A stretch of DNA of 64,000 nucleotides from Patescibacteria group bacterium (GCA_035529435.1 DATKWS010000154.1:22064-86063); one strand, 5' to 3'; counted from the first letter of the stretch, positions 18,206 to 29,611 are shown. Made by a program: numbers and translations. Notes: generated from the sequence alone by a model not told the origin.

Positions 18206-21200
18206 TCAACGGTCAGGTGCTGAACGCCGTACTTGTTTGTGCCTGCTCTCGATCCAGGTAAACAGCACCGGTACGATGATGAGGTTCGAGATCGTGCAGG
18301 TGATCATGCCGCCCACAGTCGGAACGGCGATCGGAATCATCACCTCGCTCCCCGTTCCCGTCGCGAACATAACGGGAAGGAGCGCCAGCACGGTCGTCGC
18401 GGTCGTCATCAGTATCGGGCGGACCCGCAGCACGCCCGCCTCGATCGCCGATCCGATGAAGTCGGTGCTGTCGCGCGTTCGCATACGCATGTAATCGAGT
18501 ATCACGATCCCGTCCTCCACCGCGACGCCGAACAGCGCGATGTATCCGACCCAGACGGCGGTGCTGAAGTATATCCCGAGGATGTACTGCAGGATGACGG
18601 CGCCGACGAACGAGAAGGGGAGCGCGCTCACGAGGATCAGTGCCGACGAGAGCGACTTGAACTTGATGAACAGCAGCAGGTATATGATGAACAGGCAGAT
18701 CGGCACGAGCACGAGGAGCCGGAGATCGGCCTCGCGTTTGTACTGGTACTGCCCCGCGATACTGTAGTAGACGCCCGCCGGCAGATCCGGCTTGATGTGC
18801 TCCGCAAGCGACCGTTCCACGTGATCGACGAATTCCATGAGTCCCGTGGCGCTCCGGTCTATCGAAACGAAGACACGCGTGTACGGCAGGGTGTTCTCGG
18901 TCGCGATCATCGCCGGTCCCGGTACCCTTCTGATCGTCGCGAGGAGCGCGAGGGGAATCTGGCGCCCGTCCGGTGTCGATACGAGAACGGCGCCGATTTT
19001 ATCCTCGCTGTTCCTCAGCTCACGGGGGTAACGGACGCTGATCGGGTATCGTTCCCGTCCCTCGATCGTCATCGCGACGTTCATTCCACCGATCGCCGTC
19101 GAGATCACGTCCTGCACATCACCGAGAAGGACACCGTAACGGGAGATGCGTTCGCGGTCGATCTCGATCTCGAGGTAGGGTTTGTTGCCGAGCCGTTCGG
19201 CATAGGGCCCCAGTGCGCCGGGAATTTCACGCAGTAGTTCCTCGATCCGGATCGCCACATTCTCGATCGCGTGGAGATCGCTGCCGAACACCTTGATGCC
19301 GACCGGCGTCTGTATGCCGGTTGCGAGCATGTCGATCCGGTTTCTGATCGGCTGGGTCATGATCGGACTCACACCGGGCATCTGTGTCTTTTCCTTGATT
19401 TCCTCGATCAATTTCTCCCGGGTCATTCCCGGCCGCCACGCGGACCTGTCTTTTAATTTTATGATTGTCTCTATCATCGCGACGGGGGCGGGATCGGTCG
19501 CCGTCTCGGCCCTGCCGAGCTTCCCGACCACGGTCTCGACTTCGGGGAGCGATTTGATGACTGCATCCTGCGTGCGCATCACCTCGTGCACCTGCGTGAG
19601 CGAGGCGCCGGGCAGGAGCACCGGCATAAAGAGCAGGTCCCCCTCGTTGAGCGGGGGCATGAACTCACCCGGTATCGTCGTGGAGAGCAGGAAGCTGCCG
19701 GCGAGAATCACCGCCGCCGCGATGATGACGAGCAGGCGGTGCCTGATCGACCACCTGACCACGGGGCGGTAGGTCTGCGTGAGGAGCCGCGTGATGATGT
19801 TCTCCCGTGCATCCCGCAGGCGCCCGCGGAGGAAAAAAGTGCTCAGAACGGGCAGGAGGGTGATCGAAAGTATCGCCGATACGGTCATGACGAATGTCTT
19901 GGTGAATGCGAGGGGGTGGAAGAGTTTTCCGCTCTGACCCACCAGCGCGAAGACCGGAATAAAGGCGACGATGATGATGAGAATCGCGAAGAAGATCGGC
20001 GGTCCGACCTCGCGGGCCGCCGCGAGTGTGATACCGATCCGCTCATCGCTGCTGATGCGGGTACCCGTCCTGCCCCGCTCGGAGAGGTGGCGGTGGATGT
20101 TCTCCGTCATGACGATCCCCGCGTCGACCATCACACCGATCGCGATTGCGATTCCTCCGAGGGACATGATGTTCGACGGGAGTCCGATGCCCTTCATGAT
20201 GAGAAACGCGCCGAGAATGCCGAGCGGGAGCAGGAGCGCTATGATCAGTGTACTGCGCAGGTGCAGGAGAAACAGGAGGAGCACGGCGGCGGCTACGAGG
20301 ATCTCCTCGATCAGCGCCACCTTCAGCGTGTGTGTGGCTCGGTCGATCACCTCGGTCCGGTCGTAGAACGGCACGATACGGATGCCCGGCGGCAGGCCCG
20401 CTTCGATCTCCGTTATCTTTTTCTTGGTCCGATTGATCACGCCGAGCGGATTTTCACCGTACCGCATCACGACGACCCCGCCGACCGCCTCTGCGCCCTC
20501 CTTGTCGAGCGCGTTGCGCCTGAAATCGGGTTCGAGCGTGACGGTGGCGACATCGCCGATGGTAACCGGCACACCGTCCTCCGCGTCGAGAACGATGCGT
20601 TCGAGGTCCTCTATCCCCTTGACGAATCCGATCCCCCGGATGATGAACTCCATACCACCCTCTTCGAAGACCTTTGCGCCGATGTCGATGTTGCTCCGGC
20701 TGATCGCGTTGATGATTTTTTTAAATGGAATCCGGTAGGCGAAGAGCTTATCGGGATCGACCTGCACCTGGTACTGGCGCACGAACCCGCCGATGGAGGC
20801 GACCTCGCTGACGCCCTTGACGGCGGTGAGCTGGTAACGTACGTACCAGTCCTGCAGGCTGCGAAGCGTTCCGATATCCGTTTCGGCGAGAACGAGCCGG
20901 TTACCGTCCTCGGGGCATGTATCCGGTGTGGTGGATGTTACGAGCGGGTGGTCGGGGCAGTAATATACGTTTTCGATCGTGTACCAGAAGATCTGACCGA
21001 GTGCCGAGGCGTCGGGCCCGAGAACGGGAGTCACGCCGGACGGCATGTCGTTCTGGGCGAGATTGATGCGTTCCAGTACCCGCGTCCGTGCCCAGTAGAA
21101 GTCGGTCCCTTCATCGAATAAGATATTGACGAGACAGAATCCGAACGCGGAATTGCCGCGAATCGTCTTCACGCGGGGGATTCCCATCAACTTCGTCGTG

Positions 21201-21406
21201 AGGGGATAGGTGACCTGGTCTTCGATATCGCGCGGGCTGCGCCCCGGCCAGTCGGCGATCACGAGGACCTGCATCTCACCGATATCGGGAATCGCGTCGA
21301 CCGGCGTACCGAGCAGCGCCCAGACACCGGCGCCGGCGACGAGCGCGACGATCGACAGCACGATAAAGCGGTTCTCGAGGCACCATTTGATTATATAATT
21401 GATCAT
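18206..21406 (-). CDS. cusA: CusA/CzcA-family heavy-metal efflux RND transporter
   Basis: 1066 aa with 12 TM segments and two large periplasmic loops. Last gene of an adaptor/OMF operon. Confidence 0.85.
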   Translation of the reverse strand: MINYIIKWCLENRFIVLSIVALVAGAGVWALLGTPVDAIPDIGEMQVLVIADWPGRSPRDIEDQVTYPLTTKLMGIPRVKTIRGNSAFGFCLVNILFDEGTDFYWARTRVLERINLAQNDMPSGVTPVLGPDASALGQIFWYTIENVYYCPDHPLVTSTTPDTCPEDGNRLVLAETDIGTLRSLQDWYVRYQLTAVKGVSEVASIGGFVRQYQVQVDPDKLFAYRIPFKKIINAISRSNIDIGAKVFEEGGMEFIIRGIGFVKGIEDLERIVLDAEDGVPVTIGDVATVTLEPDFRRNALDKEGAEAVGGVVVMRYGENPLGVINRTKKKITEIEAGLPPGIRIVPFYDRTEVIDRATHTLKVALIEEILVAAAVLLLFLLHLRSTLIIALLLPLGILGAFLIMKGIGLPSNIMSLGGIAIAIGVMVDAGIVMTENIHRHLSERGRTGTRISSDERIGITLAAAREVGPPIFFAILIIIVAFIPVFALVGQSGKLFHPLAFTKTFVMTVSAILSITLLPVLSTFFLRGRLRDARENIITRLLTQTYRPVVRWSIRHRLLVIIAAAVILAGSFLLSTTIPGEFMPPLNEGDLLFMPVLLPGASLTQVHEVMRTQDAVIKSLPEVETVVGKLGRAETATDPAPVAMIETIIKLKDRSAWRPGMTREKLIEEIKEKTQMPGVSPIMTQPIRNRIDMLATGIQTPVGIKVFGSDLHAIENVAIRIEELLREIPGALGPYAERLGNKPYLEIEIDRERISRYGVLLGDVQDVISTAIGGMNVAMTIEGRERYPISVRYPRELRNSEDKIGAVLVSTPDGRQIPLALLATIRRVPGPAMIATENTLPYTRVFVSIDRSATGLMEFVDHVERSLAEHIKPDLPAGVYYSIAGQYQYKREADLRLLVLVPICLFIIYLLLFIKFKSLSSALILVSALPFSFVGAVILQYILGIYFSTAVWVGYIALFGVAVEDGIVILDYMRMRTRDSTDFIGSAIEAGVLRVRPILMTTATTVLALLPVMFATGTGSEVMIPIAVPTVGGMITCTISNLIIVPVLFTWIESRHKQVRRSAPDR

Positions 21407-21442
21407 GCGTGTTCCTCACATGAAGCAGTGCGATTATATTGA

Positions 21443-22762
21443 TCAGTGCCGGTGCTGGATCTGCGAATCCTTTTTCCCGCTTTCCTTTCCGATGGCGCCG
21501 CCGTAGACCTCTTCGGCCTCGCCGGTCAGCTGGGTCTGGCTGTCCAGAAGGAAGCTGCCGCGCTCCACCACACGCTCACCCTCCCGGAGCCCGTCAAGAA
21601 TGACATAGAATCCCTCGGCCATGGGACCGATCCTCACCCGCCGCAGCTCGTAACGGCCCGGTGCGATCTCGACGAACGCGACGGTTCTGGTCCCCGTATT
21701 GATGACGGCCGAGCGGGGAACGGCAAGAACGCCGTCATGCTCCACCGTCTCCTGGGTATGCATGGTTCCGTGCGCTGTCTCGGTTTCGTGGCTGTCGGCC
21801 GGCATGATCGGGATGTGGATCTCGACACGTACGAACATTCCCGGCATGAGAGCTCGATCCTTGTTGCCGGTTTCGATCCTGATCTTCGCACTTCGTGTTT
21901 TTGTATCGAGAACCGGCTCGATAAAGGTGACCTCGCCGTCGAACGTCTGGCCGGGACGGGCCTCGGGGGAAATGATCGCGTGCTGGCCGGTCGCCACGGC
22001 GTCGAGATCGTGCTCGAAAACATCGGCGACGATCCATACACGGTCGAGGTCGGCAAGGTGCACGAGAGGTTCGCCTTCCCTCACGTATGCACCCTCCATG
22101 ATATTTTTATGAATCACCGTACCGCCGGTCGGTGCGTGCACCGTGAGCTCCGTCCACGGCTCGCCGCGCCCGGCGAGTTCCGAGATCTGCTTTTCGGTGA
22201 TCCCCCACAGACGCAGTTTCTCCCTCGCCGCCGGCTCCAGCGTTGAGCCGCGGGCGAGGATGAACTCCTTCTGCGCCGAGAGGAGCTCGGGGCTGTATAT
22301 CGCCGCGATGGGTTCGCCGGCCGAGAATTCCTTGCCGGTGTAATCAGCGTACAGGTGTTCGATGCGTCCGCCCACGCGCGCCGATACGACGGCGAGACTC
22401 GTCTCGTCATAGATCACCCGGCCCGCCGCGCGGATCGTTTTGGACAGCATCCGTCTCGCGACCTCGACCGTACGGATCCTGGCGAGGCGGGCGGCATCCG
22501 TACCGATGACAAGCTCGACGGCCTTCGACGCCCCTTCCGGCACGGCGCCGGCGGGCTGCACGTATACCGGCACGAGGTCCATGTTGCAGATGGGGCACTT
22601 GCCCGCGGTCTCCGATTTGACCGTTGGGTGCATCCCGCAGGTCCAGTACAGGATGTTCCGGTCGTCGTCCTGAGCATGTGCAGGCACCACGGCTGCAACG
22701 ACGAGTACTGCGGCCAAAAGCGCCACCGTCGAAATATGTATTCTCAATAGTGCATGTATCAT
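21443..22762 (-). CDS. cusB: RND efflux periplasmic adaptor (CusB-like) with N-terminal heavy-metal-binding zinc-ribbon domain
   Basis: Signal peptide. N-terminal YWTCGMHP…CPICNMDL metal-binding domain followed by a membrane-fusion-protein beta-barrel/lipoyl fold. Confidence 0.8.
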   Translation of the reverse strand: MIHALLRIHISTVALLAAVLVVAAVVPAHAQDDDRNILYWTCGMHPTVKSETAGKCPICNMDLVPVYVQPAGAVPEGASKAVELVIGTDAARLARIRTVEVARRMLSKTIRAAGRVIYDETSLAVVSARVGGRIEHLYADYTGKEFSAGEPIAAIYSPELLSAQKEFILARGSTLEPAAREKLRLWGITEKQISELAGRGEPWTELTVHAPTGGTVIHKNIMEGAYVREGEPLVHLADLDRVWIVADVFEHDLDAVATGQHAIISPEARPGQTFDGEVTFIEPVLDTKTRSAKIRIETGNKDRALMPGMFVRVEIHIPIMPADSHETETAHGTMHTQETVEHDGVLAVPRSAVINTGTRTVAFVEIAPGRYELRRVRIGPMAEGFYVILDGLREGERVVERGSFLLDSQTQLTGEAEEVYGGAIGKESGKKDSQIQHRH

Positions 22763-22783
22763 CTCTGGCCTCCTACCGGATAA

Positions 22784-24082
22784 TTACTCTATGGGTACGA
22801 GATCCGCGCCGGCCGCCTCCTCGAGGGCGGCGATCGTGCGTTCAAGCTCGGCTGTTTTCTCGGCATGCGAGATCTGGAGCTCGAGGAGCATGACCTCGCT
22901 GTCCAGTACGGAGAGGAAATCGACCTCCCCCGTCACGTATCCGGCCTCGGCCGATTCGAGTACCCTGCGGCCCCGCGGTATCAGCTCATCCTCGTAGAGG
23001 GACACCATGTCACGGGCGATGCGGTACTGCCGGTGGAGAGATTCGATGGCCGCGAGAATGTGCGACCGCGCCGAGGCGAGCGTGTACTCGGCATGACGAA
23101 CGAGGCTCCTCGCGGCCGCGACATCCCCGCGCACCTTGCCGAACCAGAGTGGAATCCTGGCGCCGATCGATACATTCCACGCATCATTTCCCGAATCGGG
23201 GATAGCGAGCGGCGATTCACCGATGACAAAGTAACTCATGCCGACGGTGAAATCGGGTAGGTATCCCTTGCGTGCCAGGGCGACCGATTGCATGCGCTGA
23301 TCGACGACGAGTTCTCCCAAACGGAGCTCGGGCTGGTCGAGTGCGAGCCGGCGGAGCTCATCGAGGGACAAGCCGATCTCGCTGGTCGTCCCGGCCGGTT
23401 CGATCTCGATCGGATCGTTCGGTCGCCTGTTCAGGAGTTCATTGAGGGAAGCCGTCAGGGTCGAACGCCGTTCATCATTGGCAAGTTTTTTCTCGTGCAA
23501 TCTCAGCCGCTGCATCTGCACCTTCAGAAGATCATGCTGGGGCGCCTTTCCGGTTTCCAGGCGTGTATTGACGAGCTGCTCGAACTGCCCGAACAACTCG
23601 TCCTGCCGATCGAGGATCGCATCGGCGCGTTCGGCGGCGAGGAGCGTATAATACGCATCCTTGACCTTCCTGCGTATTCTGAGCGTCGTGATTTTCAGCC
23701 TCTCCTGCGTGATCGTCGCTTCAAGGGTGGAAATGCTCCCCTTCGCCGAGAGCTTACCGGGGAAGGGGATCGGCTGCATCAGGTACAGAATGCTGCGCTG
23801 CGGGCCGAGGCGAGTCTCGATGCTCTCGGGGAAGTAGGTGAAGGTGAACATCGGATCGGGGTAGCCCTTCGCAACGGATACACGATGCCCGGCCGCATAT
23901 ACCGCCTCTTCGGCCGCACGTATCTCGGGATTGCGCCGCGATGCGATATCGAGCAGATTGTTCAGTGTAAAGACATACGTGGTGTCTCGCGTATCCTCCA
24001 GTGAGTACCCCGCCGACACAGAGACGATCAAAATGGCCGTCGATGCAATGGCCGTCGCGATATACCGGCAGATAGTTTTCAA
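22784..24082 (-). CDS. cusC: TolC-family outer-membrane efflux protein (CusC-like)
   Basis: 432 aa with signal peptide and two repeated coiled-coil/beta-barrel OEP halves. First gene of the cusCBA-type operon. Confidence 0.8.
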   Translation of the reverse strand: MKTICRYIATAIASTAILIVSVSAGYSLEDTRDTTYVFTLNNLLDIASRRNPEIRAAEEAVYAAGHRVSVAKGYPDPMFTFTYFPESIETRLGPQRSILYLMQPIPFPGKLSAKGSISTLEATITQERLKITTLRIRRKVKDAYYTLLAAERADAILDRQDELFGQFEQLVNTRLETGKAPQHDLLKVQMQRLRLHEKKLANDERRSTLTASLNELLNRRPNDPIEIEPAGTTSEIGLSLDELRRLALDQPELRLGELVVDQRMQSVALARKGYLPDFTVGMSYFVIGESPLAIPDSGNDAWNVSIGARIPLWFGKVRGDVAAARSLVRHAEYTLASARSHILAAIESLHRQYRIARDMVSLYEDELIPRGRRVLESAEAGYVTGEVDFLSVLDSEVMLLELQISHAEKTAELERTIAALEEAAGADLVPIE

Positions 24083-24469
24083 GTTTTTTCCTTAACGCCC
24101 TGACATCCCCGGGGAGCAAACAGCCGCATCAGCGAGTGATCATATACTGAGATGTTCACTATGCTATTATAGTGTTTGGATACGCTCCGGTTCCAGCAAT
24201 ACTTATTATTATATAAATTTTTCTCTCATCGGCGCGTGACGGGTAATACCGGGATTCTCTGACCGACGGCATGGTAGCCGACGGCCCGAACGACGGCGAA
24301 CCACGCCCCGTCCGCCGGCGAGATGATTACGGGACCGGAATCACCGTTTACCTATATAAATAATATTAATTCTTGTTTACGCGGAAACAACATAATAGAT
24401 TTATAATAGGAATGTGACAGAATATGGCGCGTCGAGATGATCCGGCGCGCAACAGCGAGGCGATTAATC

Positions 24470-25612
24470 ATGAAACGTCCGAACAAGAACGGCATGTGGC
24501 TGTTGGGATTGGTGTTGATTGCGATGATAGGTAGTTCTACAAACGGTACGGAACTGGAGAAGGCCACCTTTGCCGGTGGTTGTTTCTGGTGCATGGAGGG
24601 ACCGTTCGAGCAACTCGACGGCGTCGTCGAAGTCGTCTCGGGCTACACCGGCGGGCAGGTCGAAAATCCGTCCTACGAAGCTGTCTGTTCCGGAACGACC
24701 GGACATTACGAGGCGGTTCAGGTGGTCTATGATCCATCGAAGGTCGACTACGAACAACTTCTCGAGGTTTTCTGGCGGCAGATCGATCCGACCGATCCCG
24801 GCGGACAATTCGCCGACCGCGGCCCCCAGTACCGTACGGCGATCTTCTACCACACCGAGGCGCAGAGAGAACTCGCCGAGCGTGCCAAGAAGGCATTGGA
24901 CGGATCGGGTATATTCAAGCGGCCGGTCGTTACGGAGATAAAACAGGCCTCGATCTTCTACGAAGCGGAGGATTACCACCAGGAATATTACCGGACCTGC
25001 CCGGTGCAGTACAAGGCATACCGGAGCGGATCGGGGCGAGAGGGATTTATCAATACTATATGGGGCGAAAGGTCCGGGAATATTTTTCAGAAACGGGATG
25101 ATACTACGGAGCCGTCCGGCGGGGGAGGGGACTCCCCGGAAGCAGACCGCCGGGAAGGGAGCGGTGCATACATGAAGCCGGGCAGCGACGATTTGAAGGA
25201 TAAACTCACCCCGCTCCAGTACGCGGTAACACAGGAGTGCGGGACGGAGCGGGCGTTCGACAACGAGTTCTGGAACAACAAGCGCGAAGGTATTTACGTC
25301 GATATCGTCACGGGGGAGCCGCTCTTCAGCTCGGTCGACAAGTTCGATTCGGGTACGGGATGGCCGAGCTTCACGAAGCCGCTCGCACCGGACAACATTG
25401 TCGAGAAGGCCGATCGCAGCAACTTCATGACTCGTACCGAGGTGCGCAGCCGGCACGGAGATTCCCACCTCGGGCACGTCTTCGAGGACGGGCCGGCGCC
25501 GACGGGTTTCCGGTACTGCATCAACTCCGCCGCGCTTCGATTCATCCCGAAAGAGGATCTCGAGAAAGAAGGGTACGGCGAGTATCTAACATTGTTCGAA
25601 AAGAAAGAATAA
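24470..25612 (+). CDS. msrAB: bifunctional peptide-methionine sulfoxide reductase MsrA-MsrB, secreted
   Basis: Signal peptide. MsrA active site GGCFWCME. MsrB (SelR) domain with its CxxC zinc motifs and catalytic [17 protein letters not shown]. Confidence 0.85.
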   Translation: MKRPNKNGMWLLGLVLIAMIGSSTNGTELEKATFAGGCFWCMEGPFEQLDGVVEVVSGYTGGQVENPSYEAVCSGTTGHYEAVQVVYDPSKVDYEQLLEVFWRQIDPTDPGGQFADRGPQYRTAIFYHTEAQRELAERAKKALDGSGIFKRPVVTEIKQASIFYEAEDYHQEYYRTCPVQYKAYRSGSGREGFINTIWGERSGNIFQKRDDTTEPSGGGGDSPEADRREGSGAYMKPGSDDLKDKLTPLQYAVTQECGTERAFDNEFWNNKREGIYVDIVTGEPLFSSVDKFDSGTGWPSFTKPLAPDNIVEKADRSNFMTRTEVRSRHGDSHLGHVFEDGPAPTGFRYCINSAALRFIPKEDLEKEGYGEYLTLFEKKE

Positions 25613-25678
25613 TGCCGCTCTCGGGGTGCCGTGTCCCCGCGGCACGCGGCACCCTTTGTTTTCATTGCGTCCTCCCGA

Positions 25679-27217
25679 TCAGGGAAGGCGGATCGGTGCA
25701 TCCGGCCCCGTTGGGAGCCCCAGCAGCATCCAGACGGCTAGCAGAATCGTCCAGAAGATACCGAATACAATGGTGTACGGCAGCATTGTCGCCGTGATCG
25801 TACCGATCCCGTACTTCTCGTCGTACTTCTGCGCGAAGGCGACGATGAGGGCGAAGTAGCTCATCATCGGTGTGATGATATTGGTAATCGAATCCCCGAT
25901 CCGGAACGCCGCCTGCGTGATCCCCGGGTGGTAACCGAGGAGCATGAACATCGGGACGAAGATCGGCGCCATGATCGCCCACTTGGCCGATGCGCTCCCC
26001 ATGAAGAGGTTGATGAACGCCGAGAGGACGACGAACGCTACGAGCAGCCAGACGCCCGTGAAGCCGATCGAACGCAGCAGCTCCGCCCCCTTGATCGCGA
26101 GGAGCACGCCCATGTTGCTGTTCTTGAAGTAGTAGACGAACTGGCCGGCGAAGAAGACGAGGACGATGTACCCGGCGAGACCCTTCATCGAGCCGGTCAT
26201 GTGCCGTACGGCGTCCTTGTCGTTTCGAATCGTACCGACCGCTATCCCGTAGGCGAGACCGGGAACGAGGAAAAAGACCATGATCGCCGTTATGAGGCCG
26301 CTCATGAAGGGGGAACGGAGCAGCGATCCCGTCTCGGGGTTGCGGAGTATCGCGTTTCCCGGGATCGTGAGGATCGCGAGGATAACGAGCACCGCCGCAA
26401 GGGAGATACCCGCCCAAGCGAGTCCCCGCTTCTCGTTGCGAGAGACCTCGTCAAACGCCTCGGTCTTACCCTCGTAGGCACCGAGCCGCGGTTCGACGAA
26501 CTTCTCCGTCACCCACGTTCCGAGCACGACGAGGAGACATGCGGAGACGATCATGAAATAGAAGTTGACGGCCGGATTGATATGCATCGAGGGATCGACG
26601 AGGTTGGCGGCCGATTCGGAGAGGCCGGCGAGGATCGGGTCGATCGATCCGATCAGGAAATTGGCGCCGAATCCGCCCGAGACGCCGCAGAACGCGGCCG
26701 CGATCCCCGCGAGCGGATGGCGCTTGAAGGCGGCGAAGATCATACCTCCGAGGGGGATCAGGACGACGTACCCCGCGCTCGAGGCGAGGTGCGAGAGGAT
26801 CCCGGCGGCGATGACCGCCGCCGTGACGAGGCGCCGCGGGGCGGCGGTCACGAGGTGCCTGAGGAGCGCCGAGAGAAGGCCGGAACCCTCGGCGACGCCG
26901 ATGCCGATCATCGCGACGAGGACGATGCCGAGCGGGGGAAAGTAGACGAAGTTGTCGGTCGCCTTGGAGAATATGAAGCGGAGCCCCTCGGCGTTCAGAA
27001 GGCTCACCGCCTTGATCGTCTCGCCGGTGCCGGGGTGCACGGCCGTCGTTCCGCTCCGCGAGACGATCTCCGATACGATCACGACCGCGAGGGCGAATAT
27101 CGCGAACAGGGTAGCCGGGTGGGGAAAGCGGTTCCCGACCGTTTCGATTCTATCCAACATCCTCAGCAGGACGGAGCGGCCGGCCGCCGCCGGTTTATTG
27201 GAATCCTCTCGATCCAT
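25679..27217 (-). CDS. AbgT-family transporter (p-aminobenzoyl-glutamate/efflux family)
   Basis: N-terminal LDRIETVGNRFPHPATLF motif conserved in AbgT/MtrF. 512 aa and polytopic. Confidence 0.7.
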   Translation of the reverse strand: MDREDSNKPAAAGRSVLLRMLDRIETVGNRFPHPATLFAIFALAVVIVSEIVSRSGTTAVHPGTGETIKAVSLLNAEGLRFIFSKATDNFVYFPPLGIVLVAMIGIGVAEGSGLLSALLRHLVTAAPRRLVTAAVIAAGILSHLASSAGYVVLIPLGGMIFAAFKRHPLAGIAAAFCGVSGGFGANFLIGSIDPILAGLSESAANLVDPSMHINPAVNFYFMIVSACLLVVLGTWVTEKFVEPRLGAYEGKTEAFDEVSRNEKRGLAWAGISLAAVLVILAILTIPGNAILRNPETGSLLRSPFMSGLITAIMVFFLVPGLAYGIAVGTIRNDKDAVRHMTGSMKGLAGYIVLVFFAGQFVYYFKNSNMGVLLAIKGAELLRSIGFTGVWLLVAFVVLSAFINLFMGSASAKWAIMAPIFVPMFMLLGYHPGITQAAFRIGDSITNIITPMMSYFALIVAFAQKYDEKYGIGTITATMLPYTIVFGIFWTILLAVWMLLGLPTGPDAPIRLP

Positions 27218-27478
27218 CGATCAGCTCCTCGTCATGTCCATCGTACGACACCGCACGTAAATCGCGGCCATACCCTCGGTATCCCGGCCGATGCACGTGA
27301 TTCGCCCGGCGGCCCGGAGGTCCCATGCCGTTGCGCCGGGTGCCGAACGTGACTACTTGCTTTTTTGGACCATATAAATATCACGATGTGCAGGCAAGGG
27401 ATTTCCTGCACCGGAGTATGCTGCGGACGCCGCCCGTATCCCCCCGAAAGCGCACGGCCGTCGATTCTTGAGCCGCCG

Positions 27479-27895
27479 CTACTGGAGCCCGCTGCCCACC
27501 GTTGCGGGGATGAGCCTGCCGAACTTCACGCCCTTCATCGCGATCAGCTCATCGGAGATCCGCTGAACGCGGTCCGGTCGTCCGCGCAATACCTTGGCCT
27601 CGAGGCAATTGTCATGATCGAGGTGCAGGTGGAGTGTGGCGATGATCTCACCGCCCCAATCGTGCTCCTTGTCGAGAAGGCGCGATGACAGCTCGCGCCG
27701 GTGGTGGTCGAATACAATCACGAGCACACCGATCACTTCCCCCGTCGCCTCGCTCCATTCTTCCTGCACCAGCGCACCGCGAACGAGATCGCGTATCGCC
27801 TCGGAGCGATTCGGGTACCGCCGCCGTTTCACTATGCGGTCGAGCCTTCCGAGCAGTTCGCCGTCCATCGAAACACCGAATCGTGTCGTTTTCAT
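27479..27895 (-). CDS. nikR: nickel-responsive regulator NikR (ribbon-helix-helix + ACT-like metal-binding domain)
   Basis: N-terminal RHH (FGVSMDGELLGRLDRIV). C-terminal HxH…C nickel-site pattern (HLHLDHDNCLE). Confidence 0.75.
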   Translation of the reverse strand: MKTTRFGVSMDGELLGRLDRIVKRRRYPNRSEAIRDLVRGALVQEEWSEATGEVIGVLVIVFDHHRRELSSRLLDKEHDWGGEIIATLHLHLDHDNCLEAKVLRGRPDRVQRISDELIAMKGVKFGRLIPATVGSGLQ

Positions 27896-27970
27896 AGGCC
27901 GGATTCCTCCATTTTCGTCCCTGTCACGGCAGTTGCGCCCGTGCCGGACATCGCACCCGGCGGTTTCCCG

Positions 27971-29611
27971 TCACCCGCCGTCTTTTTCGGTATAATGCGA
28001 ATGACGGAATGCGGCCGCCGCCGTCCGGTGCGCCGTCCGGTGCGCATGTATGAGCCCCGTCCGCTCGAGAATTTCATGATTTTCCAGCACCTCTGCAACC
28101 GGACCGGAGGCTGCGATGGTCCGGTCGGGCCCCAGGATGACGGCCTTCTCCCCGATATGCCTGGCGAGGAGGAGATCCTGCGTCGCGATGACGAGTGTCT
28201 TTCGCCGTTCGGAGAGTTCGGACAGGAGGTCGATCAGGGCGCCCTCCGTCGCCGGGTCGAGGCTTGCCGTCGGTTCATCCATCAGGTAGATCTCGGGATC
28301 GACCGTCAGGATGGATCCGATGGCGACGCGTTTCTTCTCGCCGCCGCTCAACCGGTACGGATAACGGTCGCCGAGGGCGTCTATGCCGAGCAGCTTCATC
28401 GCGTCTTCCACCACGCGCTCGAGCGCCTCGCCGCTCAAGCCCTTCTGAATCGGACCGAACGCGAGCTCGTCCCACACCGTCGGTGAGAAACACTGTATGT
28501 CGGGATTCTGGAAAACGAGCCCGACACTGCTCCGGAAAAACCGTCTGAATTCTTTCGCACGCAGGCGCTCCTCCGTGACGGCCCCGCCGAATGCGTCGAC
28601 CTCGCCGCTCTGAGGGAAGAGGAGTCCGTCGAGTATCCGCAGGAGCGTCGATTTGCCCGAACCGTTGGGACCGAGTATGACCGTACAGGTCCCCGCGTAT
28701 ATGCGCAGGGCATCGATCCGAATGCCGGGAGTGCCGTCGGGGTATGCATAGAAGACGTTCCGCAGCTCGAATACCCGGTCCACGCCGGGGTCCCCGCCCC
28801 GTTCAACCCGGTCCCCGCCGGTCCCCGCGCCGCCCGGTTCATGCCGCTCCGGACCGCTCCGCACGTCCGTACGCTCCGGACCGGCTGGTAGAGATGAACC
28901 ATCCACCGGATCGCTTCCTCGGGAAACCATTGCCAACTGCACTCCCTCGGCGAGGTGCAGGGACCGCACGAAGAGATACCCGGTACTTCGAAAGAGAAAG
29001 GAGAGCTCCATACGGTACGGGAGCGTCGAGATAACCCGGCTCGTGCGTGCCGCCAGCAGCTCGACGAGTGTTCTCAGCAGGAGGAGAAAATACCGGTATG
29101 ATATGGAGAGGAGCGACACGAGCACGTGAGGTGCCCGCAATTGCCCGAGTGCGCGTGTGACGATGTTCCACCGGGTGGTGAGTATCAGGAGCAGTGCGAA
29201 CGATACACTCGTCGAGACGCGCATGATGAGATAGACCGCGGTGGTGAGCCCCTCCCGCGTGATCGTGACGGGACCCACGGCGGCGGCCCGTTCCCCCGGC
29301 GTCATGAAGAGCGCCGGAATCGCGATCACTCCGGTAAAGAGTGGGATGAAAATCCATACCCGCTTGATGAAATCGAACGCTCCGATGCCGGAAAGGCAGG
29401 CCAACACCAGCGAAGCGGCGTACAGTACGAGCAGCACGGGGATGCTCCTCGTCAGGGAGCAGAGGAGCACGAGCAGCGGCAGGGCCACAATCTTGATCCG
29501 CGCGTCGATCGATTGCAGCAATCCGCCCGTACGTGCCCAGCGCTCGTTCGCCACCGTGTTTTCGATAAGGCGCGCGACTGCGGCGATATTCTTCTCAAGA
29601 GTGAGTGCCAT
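27971..29611 (-). CDS. ECF-transporter fusion: CbiQ/NikQ transmembrane (T) component fused to CbiO/NikO ATPase
   Basis: N-terminal about 270 aa polytopic CbiQ-like region. Acidic/Gly-rich linker. ABC ATPase with Walker A GPNGSGKST, signature LSGGEKKRV and Walker B IYLMDEP. No stop codon between the two halves. Confidence 0.7.
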   Translation of the reverse strand: MALTLEKNIAAVARLIENTVANERWARTGGLLQSIDARIKIVALPLLVLLCSLTRSIPVLLVLYAASLVLACLSGIGAFDFIKRVWIFIPLFTGVIAIPALFMTPGERAAAVGPVTITREGLTTAVYLIMRVSTSVSFALLLILTTRWNIVTRALGQLRAPHVLVSLLSISYRYFLLLLRTLVELLAARTSRVISTLPYRMELSFLFRSTGYLFVRSLHLAEGVQLAMVSRGSDPVDGSSLPAGPERTDVRSGPERHEPGGAGTGGDRVERGGDPGVDRVFELRNVFYAYPDGTPGIRIDALRIYAGTCTVILGPNGSGKSTLLRILDGLLFPQSGEVDAFGGAVTEERLRAKEFRRFFRSSVGLVFQNPDIQCFSPTVWDELAFGPIQKGLSGEALERVVEDAMKLLGIDALGDRYPYRLSGGEKKRVAIGSILTVDPEIYLMDEPTASLDPATEGALIDLLSELSERRKTLVIATQDLLLARHIGEKAVILGPDRTIAASGPVAEVLENHEILERTGLIHAHRTAHRTAAAAFRHSHYTEKDGG

